A program made the translations under genes and the position numbers. From assembly GCA_004297825.1 (NCBI GenBank), contig SCSX01000068.1, positions 28,651 to 92,650 of the forward strand: a stretch of DNA of 64,000 nt, given 5' to 3'. Within the stretch, counting starts at the first letter, position 1; the number at the start of each line of letters is the position of its first letter. The notes below the pieces were generated by a model. That model made no database searches. It worked only from the letters and a program-made list of their open reading frames with translations, and had not been told where the DNA came from. This document shows, piece by piece, positions 9,028-17,741 of this stretch. The stretch comes from Spirochaetota bacterium (GTDB taxonomy: Bacteria; Spirochaetota; UBA4802; UBA5368).

Positions 9028-10212
9028 TCAGGGAGCAACCCGTCCCGCTCGTTGAGCGGAGCCGAAACGAACGGAGTCGAAACGCGCCTTTTCCGCCGCG
9101 AGCTTCTCCAGCGAAGGAAGCTCAAGCTTCGCCATCATGATGGGACTCTGCGATATCATGCCCATGATCCACGGGTAGTCCCTTTTCACGTCGCTCGTGT
9201 AATAGCTGAAATAAATAGTATCCTGCTTCATCACGAAGCCCGCATAAGAGGTATCCCCCGCGCTCGGCACGTCCGATAGAAAGACGAGCCTTTCAGGAGT
9301 GAGCAGGAAGAGCGAGGTGCGCTTGCGGTCGAAGATGCTTCCGTAATAATTGACAGGCCCCGGGCTGTACGGATTGCGTCTGCCTATGGCATAGACCTTG
9401 CCGTGATAGCTGAAGAGCGCCGGTCCGTCAAGGCGCGTGGTGAAGTCCTCGATGCCATCCCATTTCGTATAAGGCGGCGCCGCCACCCGGATACCCGTCG
9501 ACGCGCGCGCGTCGCCAAAGAGATCCTCCGAATACTCGAGCCGCTGCGTGCTTATCATCCTTCCGTCGGGGAGGAACTCGATATCGGTCTCGTCGTTGCG
9601 CCCACCCTCGTAGATGGTCGATACGATCTCCCACCGTTCGCCGTCGGTCGACTTTAACAGCGCCGACTTCCCGTGCTCGTGCCAGTAGGCCGCCAGGTAC
9701 CAGGTTGCCCCGTCGCGCGACTTGGGCCTCCAGAAGAGCCAGCCCTTCGGCTCCATGTCTTTCATCGCGCTCCACGTCTTCCCGTCCGCCGACGAGAGCC
9801 AGGCCGTCGCGTAGGGTTCGGCCTCGAAGTCCACGCTCTTGAGCACGTAGAGGTAGAGGCGGTCGTTCAGCACGAGGAACTTGGGGTCGCGAATATCTTC
9901 GCCCGGCACGTTCACGCGGGAAAGCTCCTCCCACGACCGCGCGTCCTTCGAGCGGCGCACGATGAGTTTGCACTCCGGGGTCGCGAAGTGATACGGGGAG
10001 CTCGCGTGCACAAGGTAGTAGTGCCCCTTGAAAAAGGTCATATCGGTGTTCGAGTTGTGCATGCCGTCGTTCACCGCGTCCCACACCTCCAGGGTGAGCG
10101 ACTTGTCCACCACGGCGCCGTTGGGCCTCACGCGCCAGTACAGCAGCAGGGTGCCGATACTAACTGCCACCAGGGCGAGCACGATGCCCGCGATCTTCAG
10201 AATCTTTTTCAC
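9028..10212 (-). CDS. Membrane-anchored BNR/Asp-box repeat (sialidase-like beta-propeller) protein
   Basis: 394-aa ORF with an N-terminal signal anchor (IAGIVLALVAVSIGTLLLYW). Asp-box motifs are SSADGKTWS and KSTDGERWE, plus a degenerate RSKDARSWE. Confidence 0.7.
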   Translation of the reverse strand: MKKILKIAGIVLALVAVSIGTLLLYWRVRPNGAVVDKSLTLEVWDAVNDGMHNSNTDMTFFKGHYYLVHASSPYHFATPECKLIVRRSKDARSWEELSRVNVPGEDIRDPKFLVLNDRLYLYVLKSVDFEAEPYATAWLSSADGKTWSAMKDMEPKGWLFWRPKSRDGATWYLAAYWHEHGKSALLKSTDGERWEIVSTIYEGGRNDETDIEFLPDGRMISTQRLEYSEDLFGDARASTGIRVAAPPYTKWDGIEDFTTRLDGPALFSYHGKVYAIGRRNPYSPGPVNYYGSIFDRKRTSLFLLTPERLVFLSDVPSAGDTSYAGFVMKQDTIYFSYYTSDVKRDYPWIMGMISQSPIMMAKLELPSLEKLAAEKARFDSVRFGSAQRAGRVAP

Positions 10213-10349
10213 GGTTCGATCTCCTTCGGAAAATGAGTGTACTGCATAATACCCCGGAACACCGCTCCTGTCGAGACATTATCCGTGGAAACGGGAACTG
10301 TCCGGAATTTCCCGTGCGCCCAGGTTACGGCAACGATGTGTAAGAGTGG

Positions 10350-10372
10350 GAGATAGGGAGATGGATAAGATG
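10350..10372. repeat. 23-nt G/A-rich mini-repeat, copy 2
   Basis: See the 4015-4037 entry. This copy lies in the AT-rich islet downstream of the toxin-antitoxin pair. Confidence 0.7.
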
Positions 10373-10402
10373 GGGGGGATAAAGGATTTGATTGTTCCGC
10401 CT

Positions 10403-10467
10403 GTCATTTCGAACCCCGTCTTTCGGGTGAGAAATCTTAAAGCATATCGATGTTCAATAGATTTCTC
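10403..10467. repeat. Short structured intergenic element with a 9-bp perfect inverted repeat
   Basis: gtcatttcgaaccccgtctttcgggtGAGAAATCT (10429-10437), a 21-nt loop, then AGATTTCTC (10459-10467). It also contains a small CCCG/CGGG hairpin. The listed ORF 10346-10573 is just its translation. Confidence 0.6.
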
Positions 10468-10559
10468 TTCATCGCGAATAGCCGCGATTCATCAAACGGG
10501 AAGTCAAGCGCTATTCGGCGTGACCCACACACCGCCAAATCCCGTGGAGTTAATCGTCA

Positions 10560-10853
10560 CTATGGCGGGCTGAGCACATCTTCAAGATTGCGCTTCCCAT
10601 GAATCACCGCGAGTATCTCCACTGCATCACCGTGGATCTCATAAATAATACGGTATGAATACACGATTATTTCTCTAATCGAAGGGTTCTGAAACTCCGG
10701 GACCATTCTTCCCATTTGCGGAAAGTCCTTGAGGACATCGGCCCTGGTAACGACGGATACCAGCACCTTTTTTGCGTAATAGCCGGATTCTTCTGCTATG
10801 TGATCATGGATGTGCCGCAGGTCCTTCCTGGAGGACGCGGTCCATTTTACCAT
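10560..10853 (-). CDS. Type II toxin, RelE/ParE family
   Basis: 97-aa ORF. MVKWTASSRKDLRHIHDHIAEES...IREIIVYSYRIIYEIHGDAVEILAVIHGKR shows the typical RelE/ParE layout. It is preceded by an overlapping small antitoxin ORF. Confidence 0.85.
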   Translation of the reverse strand: MVKWTASSRKDLRHIHDHIAEESGYYAKKVLVSVVTRADVLKDFPQMGRMVPEFQNPSIREIIVYSYRIIYEIHGDAVEILAVIHGKRNLEDVLSPP

Positions 10854-11026
10854 GTAAGGATTTCCCGCTTCAATTCCTCGGTGGTGATTGTCCTGCCGCT
10901 GCGTACATCTTCCTGGCCCGCATGGATTTTGTCGATAACATACAGCCGGTACATGATGTCCTCCATAGTGGCGGTATCGGGCAGTTTGGAAATAACGTCA
11001 ATCGCTTCCTGTTTGATGCTTGGCAT
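10847..11026 (-). CDS. Cognate antitoxin (59 aa), below the size cutoff of the ORF track
   Basis: My translation from the ATG at 11026 reads MPSIKQEAIDVISKLPDTATMEDIMYRLYVIDKIHAGQEDVRSGRTITTEELKREILTW, with its stop at 10849-10847. It overlaps the toxin start by 7 nt (ATGGTAA), the classic coupled toxin-antitoxin arrangement. Confidence 0.7.
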   Translation of the reverse strand: MPSIKQEAIDVISKLPDTATMEDIMYRLYVIDKIHAGQEDVRSGRTITTEELKREILTW

Positions 11027-11069
11027 GATTGATACGCTCCCGGCCTGTATCAGGATAACATGATTGAAC

Positions 11070-11097
11070 TGTATATGCTGATCAATATGTTTGTCAA
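11070..11097 (-). promoter_or_regulatory. Candidate sigma70-type promoter for the toxin-antitoxin operon
   Basis: The minus strand reads TTGACA-N16-TATACA (ttgacaaacatattgatcagcatataca). The -10 element ends 44 nt upstream of the antitoxin ATG. The spacer contains the palindrome TGATCA. Confidence 0.4.
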
Positions 11098-11638
11098 TCG
11101 AGTCATAGTAAAGTAATTAAACTGGCGATACCGGTCAAGCAAAAAGCGCAATAGACACTCACTGCCCAACCTGGGCCGGAGAGCTAATGAACACGAAATT
11201 TCGAAAGATATTCGTGTCTATTGTGATGAATGATTTCTATGGCGTTTGCTTGAAGAATGATCAGGTGAGCAAATCCTCTCTGCCTCCGGCCGGCTAAAGG
11301 CGCGACATCGTGTCGCAACGCCGGGTGCGCACAGGACGCGCGCCTGCCCGCCCAAGCCAGGACGGCTTATTCGCGCGGGCCATTCGCACCTCCTTATGCG
11401 TCACACTCCCCTTTGGTAAAGGGGAAACATTGGGGCGGCCCGGAGGGCCGGGGATTTTCATCGACACATAGGGAATTGTGTAAAGGAATAGAACGTAGTG
11501 AAACCTAGCAAAGCGTAAGTGTCCCGGGGGTGGTCCCAGGGGCTTCTGTAAGGTTCTGCCCGGGCGTTCAGGTTTCGCTGCGTTACTTTCTTGACAATCC
11601 CGCATCCCGTCATGCATTCTTCGGCCAATGGGTGCGTC

Positions 11639-12079
11639 ATGAATATCCGACCGATCACATTCGACGAGGGCGACATCGCCGGCCTCACGAATCTCATGAA
11701 CCAGTGGGACGCCCTGCCCGCGCCGCTTACCGCCGCGGGTATAGGGGATTCGCTCCGCCGCCTGCTCGCGCTCCCCGGCTCCGCGCTCATCGCGTGCGAG
11801 GACAATGGCGCGCTCATCGCCTATGCCTGCCTGGTGGAGGTTGTCTTCCTGGGCATGGGCACCTTCATCGAGGTCCAGTCCATCCTGGTCGACCGCGCGC
11901 AGCGCAGGCGCGGCGCCGCACGGATGCTCATGGAGCGCGCGGAATCCTGGGCCCGTGAGCGCGGCCTCGCGAAGATCTCACTCAGCTCGCGCGTCCACCT
12001 GGAGGGCGCGCACCGGCTCTATCGCTCGCTGGGCTACACGGTGGACAGGCAGTCGTACTTTTTCAGCAAGAGTCTCTGA
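11639..12079 (+). CDS. GNAT-family N-acetyltransferase
   Basis: The ORF 11591-12079 is probably best started at MNIRPITF (ATG at 11639). The acetyl-CoA binding motif VDRAQRRRGAARMLMERAESWARERG matches the Q/RxxGxG/A type, and the protein ends with RLYRSLGY. Confidence 0.8.
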   Translation: MNIRPITFDEGDIAGLTNLMNQWDALPAPLTAAGIGDSLRRLLALPGSALIACEDNGALIAYACLVEVVFLGMGTFIEVQSILVDRAQRRRGAARMLMERAESWARERGLAKISLSSRVHLEGAHRLYRSLGYTVDRQSYFFSKSL

Positions 12080-12143
12080 GGTTTCGCGGATAAGTCCGCC
12101 GACCCCCCATGAAATTTCCGGCACCCGCAGACAGGGGGAAAAC

Positions 12144-13421
12144 TTACGCCTGCTTCTCGATACTCACGTACGCCATAGTCTGGTTAAGGAGCTGGTACGC
12201 GATCTCCCCGAAGGTGGTGGGTCCGGTGATGTTGCCGGTCCGTTTTCCCTCAAGCTCCGAGTAGAGGTAATTCAGGATGCAGTTGCATGAAAAGAAAATC
12301 TCGCCGGTCCCCGCCTCGGGAATGCTGGAAGTAAACTCCTTTACGTAATTGACGACGGGCGCGGCGTGCTTGTACTTGATTCCCTTGAACACGGGCGCAT
12401 AGAAATTCACCCGGCCGGCCGCGTCGTCGACGCCCTGGAAGCTCACGTTGATCATGGCGCCGCTGTAATCCGCGACCAGGGGAAGCTTGGTGTCAAGCTT
12501 CTGGCGGGACACGTACTCGGCGAAATTCTGTTTCTTTCCGTTGATGATGGCGTCTTGGACATTGAACCCGTCCTCGGGAAAGGTGATCACGTCCCCGGTT
12601 CCCTGCTTGAAAATGTTGATTATATTCAGGTCCGCGTAAAGGCCATCGGGAAGAACCATGTGCATCGCGACCGCCCCGTCCTCCATGACCTTCAGCTTCT
12701 CGCCGAAAATGACCTTGGCCTTTTTTTTGCCGATATCGTCCACGTGGACGCCTGCGATCCATCCGAAAAGCGGGCCGGAGGCGAAGTCCTTGTGCAGCGG
12801 GGCCTTCATCGCGAAGTTCAGGTGCGCGTTTCCGGAGGCGGGTATGATGATTATGCTCAGGCCGTTTTTTTGAATCCCGGCGTATACGGCCGATACGGTT
12901 TCCGGTGCGTAGGTCCTGACCGTGACCTGCCTCGCGTATGAGGGGAGCTCCGTCACGTGTATCTTGTCCCGCGTCATGAGACCGCCCTGGTCCGATATGA
13001 AATACGGTATCGTTCCGCCGATCCAGTGTCCCTCGGGGAGCTGCATGAGCACGCTCTCGTCCCCGGCGAGGATGAGCTTCTTGCCCTCCGTGATCATCGA
13101 CTTGACCTGATCGACGTCGTACAGGACCTGGGTCAATTGCTGCACTTCGCGCTTGGCGACCCTGGGTGCCTCGGCCGGACGGACGGGGACGCTCATGACC
13201 TTCGACAGGTCGGCCTGGACCTTGGGGATATGGCCGTAATTCACGAACATGGCCCGCAGTTCTCCGGCCGCGTTGAGAACCGCCTGTTTGTCGGGAGTGC
13301 CGCGCATCGTGAGCTTCAGGCGGTTTAAAAGCAGCTTGAAAGCCAGGAATTCGAAATCCACCCCGCTGTCTTTCAGCAATAAGTCTTCCCACACCTTGTT
13401 CGTCGCTTCAGGTATATTCAT
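12144..13421 (-). CDS. Conserved hypothetical protein, possibly FIST-like sensory fold
   Basis: 425-aa ORF with a good RBS (ggaggagaaggaaaatATG). The C-terminal FFSCNCILNYLY...GPTTFGEIAYQLLNQTMAYVSI resembles the end of FIST_C domains (GEI...NQT). The N-terminal ~110 aa are unassigned. The gene itself is well supported; the function is tentative. Confidence 0.5.
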   Translation of the reverse strand: MNIPEATNKVWEDLLLKDSGVDFEFLAFKLLLNRLKLTMRGTPDKQAVLNAAGELRAMFVNYGHIPKVQADLSKVMSVPVRPAEAPRVAKREVQQLTQVLYDVDQVKSMITEGKKLILAGDESVLMQLPEGHWIGGTIPYFISDQGGLMTRDKIHVTELPSYARQVTVRTYAPETVSAVYAGIQKNGLSIIIIPASGNAHLNFAMKAPLHKDFASGPLFGWIAGVHVDDIGKKKAKVIFGEKLKVMEDGAVAMHMVLPDGLYADLNIINIFKQGTGDVITFPEDGFNVQDAIINGKKQNFAEYVSRQKLDTKLPLVADYSGAMINVSFQGVDDAAGRVNFYAPVFKGIKYKHAAPVVNYVKEFTSSIPEAGTGEIFFSCNCILNYLYSELEGKRTGNITGPTTFGEIAYQLLNQTMAYVSIEKQA

Positions 13422-13521
13422 TTTCCTTCTCCTCCGGTCGTGCCGGTTGTCGTTCTTTGGAACAATTGCGGCTGATGCGTAGATACGCTGTTCGATGTAA
13501 TTCCAACTAAATTTACCGTAA

Positions 13522-13549
13522 TTTATAAATTCTGAAAACCCGACTTCAA
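13522..13549 (-). promoter_or_regulatory. Candidate sigma70-type promoter for the 12144-13421 gene
   Basis: The minus strand reads TTGAAG-N16-TATAAA inside a 340-nt AT-rich upstream region, about 100 nt from the ATG. Confidence 0.35.
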
Positions 13550-13764
13550 GTAAAAAGTGAAATTCCCGTAAAAATCATGTTAATAATCCGCCAACCGGTA
13601 CGTTCGGTTCAGTTCACTTAACTCACGAATTCGCCGGTGCGGGGGACGTGCCCTAAAATATTCTGGACGAAAGATCCCGTGGCGATTATATATTGCCGGT
13701 CGGCCCCGGCGTTCCGGACTCGCCGGGATTCCCGTCATGACCGGGAGATTTCAATGAAACGAGG

Positions 13765-14172
13765 TTGGTAATGCACATCGCCCCCTGTGGAATGAACTGC
13801 TCCCTCTGCCGGGCGTATCAGCGCAGGGTAAAACCCTGTCCCGGATGCGCCGGGCCGGAAGAGCATATGCCTAAGTACTGCGCGAGGTGCCGGATCCGGC
13901 ATTGCGCGGAACCGGGGCGGGCTGGCGCGAAATTCTGCCATGAGTGCCCGAGCTATCCGTGCGCGCTGATGAAGCGGCTCGACGCGCGCTACCGGTCCAG
14001 GTATGGAATGAGCATGCTTGAAAACCTGGATTCTATCGCGCGGATGGGAAAGGCGGCGTTCGTAAAATCGGAGAAGAAACGATGGGCGTGCCCGGCCTGC
14101 GGGGGGATACTGTGCGTCCACCACGAAGCGTGTCCCAGTTGCAGCGGCAGGAATCCCCACTTCCCGGGATAG
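13765..14172 (+). CDS. Cys-rich DUF3795-family protein
   Basis: 135-aa ORF with CGMNCSLC near the N-terminus and further CxxC pairs (CPGC, CARC, CHEC, CPAC, CPSC), as in DUF3795. A paralog lies at 63345-63881. Confidence 0.7.
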   Translation: MVMHIAPCGMNCSLCRAYQRRVKPCPGCAGPEEHMPKYCARCRIRHCAEPGRAGAKFCHECPSYPCALMKRLDARYRSRYGMSMLENLDSIARMGKAAFVKSEKKRWACPACGGILCVHHEACPSCSGRNPHFPG

Positions 14173-14248
14173 CCGGTTCGGCCCCGGGAAAGACTACCCG
14201 ATCCGCGTATCCCGTAGTATCTTCTATTTAAACACGGGAGGCACGCCC

Positions 14249-14686
14249 ATGAAAGAAATACGTATTAGCATCCGCATCGCCGCCTCGCCCTCCAGGGTAT
14301 GGGATATCTTTTCCGACTTCTCCCGTTACCCGGAATGGAACCCCTTCATCCGCGGTATCCGGGGGGAATTCTCCGCGGGGGGCCGCTTGAGCGTGGAGCT
14401 CGCGCCCCCGGACGCGCGGCCCATGACCTTCAAGCCCAGGGTGCTCGTAAACGATCCCGGACGCGAATTCCGTTGGAAGGGGCATCTCCTCGTTCCGGGC
14501 GTCTTTGACGGCGAGCACATCTTCGAGCTTACCGGCGACGGCGGCGCGACCGTGTTCACGCAGCGCGAGATTTTCACCGGGATTCTCGTTCCCCTCTTCG
14601 CAAAGATGCTCGATGACAATACCAGGCGCGGGTTCGAATCGATGAACGAGGCGCTCAGGCTGCGGTGCGAGAAGGGGTCGGGGTGA
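14249..14686 (+). CDS. SRPBCC-superfamily (polyketide cyclase/dehydrase-like) protein
   Basis: 145-aa ORF. IAASPSRVWDIFSDFSRYPEWNPFI is the characteristic SRPBCC N-terminal signature. Confidence 0.8.
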   Translation: MKEIRISIRIAASPSRVWDIFSDFSRYPEWNPFIRGIRGEFSAGGRLSVELAPPDARPMTFKPRVLVNDPGREFRWKGHLLVPGVFDGEHIFELTGDGGATVFTQREIFTGILVPLFAKMLDDNTRRGFESMNEALRLRCEKGSG

Positions 14687-14775
14687 GTTCCGGCCTCATC
14701 GAGCGGGTGCCAGAGACAGGGCCGCAGCGGGTGCGCGGATGAAAAAAGGCGATCATTAATCTCCTTCGGGAAAGG

Positions 14776-15840
14776 TCAGGGCAACGGCAAATCGATAATC
14801 ATGGAATCATGCCCGATCGTGAGTTTTCCATGATAGATATCGCCCATCCCCTGAATAAACATCCTTCTTGCCAGAAAACTATCAGGCTCCGGAATGAGGT
14901 GCGTAAGGATGAGGTGTTTCACTTCGGCGCGCTCGGCAAGCGCGGCCAGCTCCAGGGTGTCGGCATGATATTCCAGGATACGCTCCGCCTGGTCGGCCTC
15001 TGCATTCATGTTCAGGGTGCGCATGCACCTGGCGGCCTTTTTCACAATCCCCGTGTTGACCGCTTCATGGACTACAAGGTCCGCGTCCTTCATGGCCCGG
15101 AAATACAGGGGGCTGACCTTCGTATCACCGCTTATGAATACTTTCCGGCCCCGGTATGTCAGGACGTAGCCGACGGCATTTTCTACGGGGTGATGATCCA
15201 CGCGATATGTCTCGATGCGGATCCCCCCGCTTTCATAGACAGTCGCCCCGTCCTCTCCCGCCGGTACCGTCACGGTTTTCGCGGCCGCGAACGCGAGCTC
15301 GGGATGCTCGACGAAATGGGCATTCCGGTACCGCGCATCCAGCCGGTAAGCCAGGGCGAAGCCGCGTACGACATCATCCGCGCCCTCCGGTCCATAGACG
15401 ATAAAGGGCTCCCTTCTTCCGTTGATCCAACTGTTGTTTATCACCCCGTCGAGCCCCGAAAAATGGTCGGAATGCCAGTGCGTGATGAATGCCCGCGAGA
15501 TCGCCGAAACGGGAACCCCGCTCTTTTCAATCGCACGCGTCGCGTTCTCGCCCGCATCGAATAAAAACACCTCGCCGCCCGCGATGACCAGGGTGCAGGG
15601 CTGACTGCTCTTGGCATTCGCTTGTGGAGAACCGGTGCCGCACAGAACAACACGCAACGCGCCCGAATCGCGCAGCATTCCTGAATCCCGTCTGGTCCGC
15701 AACGCATGTTCAATGTACATATCCTGGATTTTCCCGCACGACGCAGACATGGAGACAATGCCGGCAGCCATTAGTGCAAATGCCGCAATTTTGATTAATG
15801 CGCGCCGGTTCAAATTGTCTTCATCTTCCGAGTACTTCAT
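14776..15840 (-). CDS. Tat-exported MBL-fold hydrolase lipoprotein (RNase Z/beta-lactamase superfamily)
   Basis: 354-aa ORF. It has a twin-arginine motif NRRALIKIAAFALMA followed by the lipobox SASC, the motif THWHSDH, and later HH and D ligands. Confidence 0.8.
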   Translation of the reverse strand: MKYSEDEDNLNRRALIKIAAFALMAAGIVSMSASCGKIQDMYIEHALRTRRDSGMLRDSGALRVVLCGTGSPQANAKSSQPCTLVIAGGEVFLFDAGENATRAIEKSGVPVSAISRAFITHWHSDHFSGLDGVINNSWINGRREPFIVYGPEGADDVVRGFALAYRLDARYRNAHFVEHPELAFAAAKTVTVPAGEDGATVYESGGIRIETYRVDHHPVENAVGYVLTYRGRKVFISGDTKVSPLYFRAMKDADLVVHEAVNTGIVKKAARCMRTLNMNAEADQAERILEYHADTLELAALAERAEVKHLILTHLIPEPDSFLARRMFIQGMGDIYHGKLTIGHDSMIIDLPLP

Positions 15841-15926
15841 TTCGTCCTCCCTGTCACGCGTGTGGCTGATTGGTATTCGAGAATCGATCGGCTGACATAA
15901 AGGAATCTCCTTATACCATTGAGTAC

Positions 15927-16763
15927 CTAATCATAATATTCAGGAGCGAGATTGAATCTCCCCGGGATCCGGTGATCGTGGCATCCCACCATCTCAAGCG
16001 ACTGTTCCTTCATCATCAGGTCGTACAGTTTCTCGATCGTTCGGTCCGCCTCGTCCTGCTCATGCACCAGTTTTTTCATCAGCTTCGATTTTGGAGACTT
16101 CGATTCAAGATTTTCCGGGAAATAGAACGAGTCGCCTCCCAGCAGAAACCTTCTTCCGGACGGCATGGTGAGCAGGAGCCCCATGAGGCCCTCGGTATGG
16201 CCCGGCAGATCAATCATGACAAAGCCGCCGTCACCGAAGACATCACAGGAATCGGGGAACGTAAGGCATTTCTTCCCTGAAACCGTTGAGATGAGACGCA
16301 GTCTCGATGGGTCGATACGCTCATATTGTTCCCGGATATAGGCATGACGGTGAGAATTCTTTGCAGTGGCCGCCTCCCATTCCTTTTTGCCGACAATGAT
16401 CTCGGCATTGGGAAAATCATGGATTCCACCGGCATGGTCCCAGTGAAGGTGGGATAGAATGATATGCCGTACCGAATTCGGATCAAGACCGAGACGCGGC
16501 AGTTGTTTCACGACGGGATCCCGGCCGGGGTCGAACTCCGTCTTCATCACGAATTTGTTAAAGAACCAGTTATGACGATACTTAAGCGGTTTCATTTCAT
16601 CGTTGATCCTCCCGCCCATGCCCGTATCGAAGAGGATCAACTCGCCGTCTTTCTCGATGAGAAAGCTGAGGATCGGAAAGCATACCGACTTCCACGGGGC
16701 GCCCGAAACGAAGAGCCCTTTGGGAACTGATGCAAAGGCCGTTGATAGAAAGTAGAGTTTCAT
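15927..16763 (-). CDS. MBL-fold hydrolase, N-acyl-homoserine-lactonase-like
   Basis: The ORF 15927-16832 is trimmed to MKLYFLS (ATG at 16763), which is preceded by AGGAGG. It carries the motif SHLHWDHAGG and a later LPGHTEG. Confidence 0.8.
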   Translation of the reverse strand: MKLYFLSTAFASVPKGLFVSGAPWKSVCFPILSFLIEKDGELILFDTGMGGRINDEMKPLKYRHNWFFNKFVMKTEFDPGRDPVVKQLPRLGLDPNSVRHIILSHLHWDHAGGIHDFPNAEIIVGKKEWEAATAKNSHRHAYIREQYERIDPSRLRLISTVSGKKCLTFPDSCDVFGDGGFVMIDLPGHTEGLMGLLLTMPSGRRFLLGGDSFYFPENLESKSPKSKLMKKLVHEQDEADRTIEKLYDLMMKEQSLEMVGCHDHRIPGRFNLAPEYYD

Positions 16764-16828
16764 GGATTTCCTCCTGCGCGCTTCAATTCCATTGAAAATA
16801 CCTCCCGGCATCACAATTGCAGAACGCC

Positions 16829-17659
16829 TCATCCCAATTTTTTATGAATGATATTGTCAAGCGTGCCATCCGACAGCAGTTTTATTAATTTAATGAGCTT
16901 GTATTGAATTTGATTTTCAGTAACTAGATATCTCGCTTTCGGTTTGGCGGCGTTGAGCGACTCAAGGACTGCCTTCGCAACCGCCAGGGGCTCGATCCCC
17001 TTTTGACTGGCCATGCTGATTTCATGTTCCAGCTTCTTTCTATTTGCTTCGTAAAAAATCGACCCTTTAAACTGCGCAATTCTTTCATCATGGTCCTTTC
17101 CCCAGAGAGGGGTTTTAATGAGCCCGGGTTCGATTATAATGACCTCGATGCCGGGCGCCCGTAATTCCCGGCGCAACGAGTCGGACCATCCCTCGATGGC
17201 GTGCTTGCTGGCGGCATAGGCGCCCGAAAACGGCGCGGCCAGAAAGCCGGCGGCGCTCGACATATTAATAATTCTTCCCCTGGATTCAAGGAGCAGAGGG
17301 AAGAACAGCCTGGTCAGACGCTGGGTCCCGAACAAGTTAACATCGAATTGGCGCTCGAACCGTTCCTGGGGAAAATCCATGAGAGGACCGGGGAAGAATA
17401 CGCCGGCATTGTTGACGAGCGCCCACAGGCCTGTTTTCTGTTTTTGCACATATTTGACCGCGTCGGCCACGTCCTTGTCCTTTGTAGTGTCGATCTTTAT
17501 CGTCCTGATATTTCCGGCTTTTTTAAATTGGGACAATCCCCTTTCATCGATATCCGTGGCGTACACCCCCCACCCGCTGCCCGCGAGAAGTTCAGTGATC
17601 GCTTTGCCGATACCCGAAGCCGCCCCGGTTACGAGGACCCATTTTCTTGTAGTTGTCAT
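16829..17659 (-). CDS. Short-chain dehydrogenase/reductase (SDR)
   Basis: The ORF is trimmed to MTTTRKWVLVTGAASGIGKA (ATG at 17659, AGGAGG upstream). It has the TGxxxGIG cofactor motif and the YAASKHA catalytic YxxxK motif. Confidence 0.85.
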   Translation of the reverse strand: MTTTRKWVLVTGAASGIGKAITELLAGSGWGVYATDIDERGLSQFKKAGNIRTIKIDTTKDKDVADAVKYVQKQKTGLWALVNNAGVFFPGPLMDFPQERFERQFDVNLFGTQRLTRLFFPLLLESRGRIINMSSAAGFLAAPFSGAYAASKHAIEGWSDSLRRELRAPGIEVIIIEPGLIKTPLWGKDHDERIAQFKGSIFYEANRKKLEHEISMASQKGIEPLAVAKAVLESLNAAKPKARYLVTENQIQYKLIKLIKLLSDGTLDNIIHKKLG

Positions 17660-17741
17660 TGCTCCTCCTATGTGGAAAGTGCACGGTAAAATATCCAACC
17701 GACCATTCCCAGTATGCGGCGTCGTGAAATTTATGCAGCAT

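Noticed and set aside
10346-10573. 75-aa ORF downstream of the toxin gene.
   Set aside because: It is a read-through of two intergenic mini-repeats (the GGGAGAT tract and the GAGAAATCT hairpin element). It has no RBS and no protein-like features.
11294-11617. 107-aa minus-strand ORF upstream of the GNAT gene.
   Set aside because: It overlaps the GNAT start region, has low-complexity Pro/Arg-rich content, and only its last 29 codons have an SD. It is treated as non-coding, with a note in the findings.
11591-11619. TTGACA upstream of the GNAT gene, considered as a promoter.
   Set aside because: The best -10 candidates at 16-17 nt spacing (TGCATT, GCATTC) are poor, which is too weak to report as a feature.
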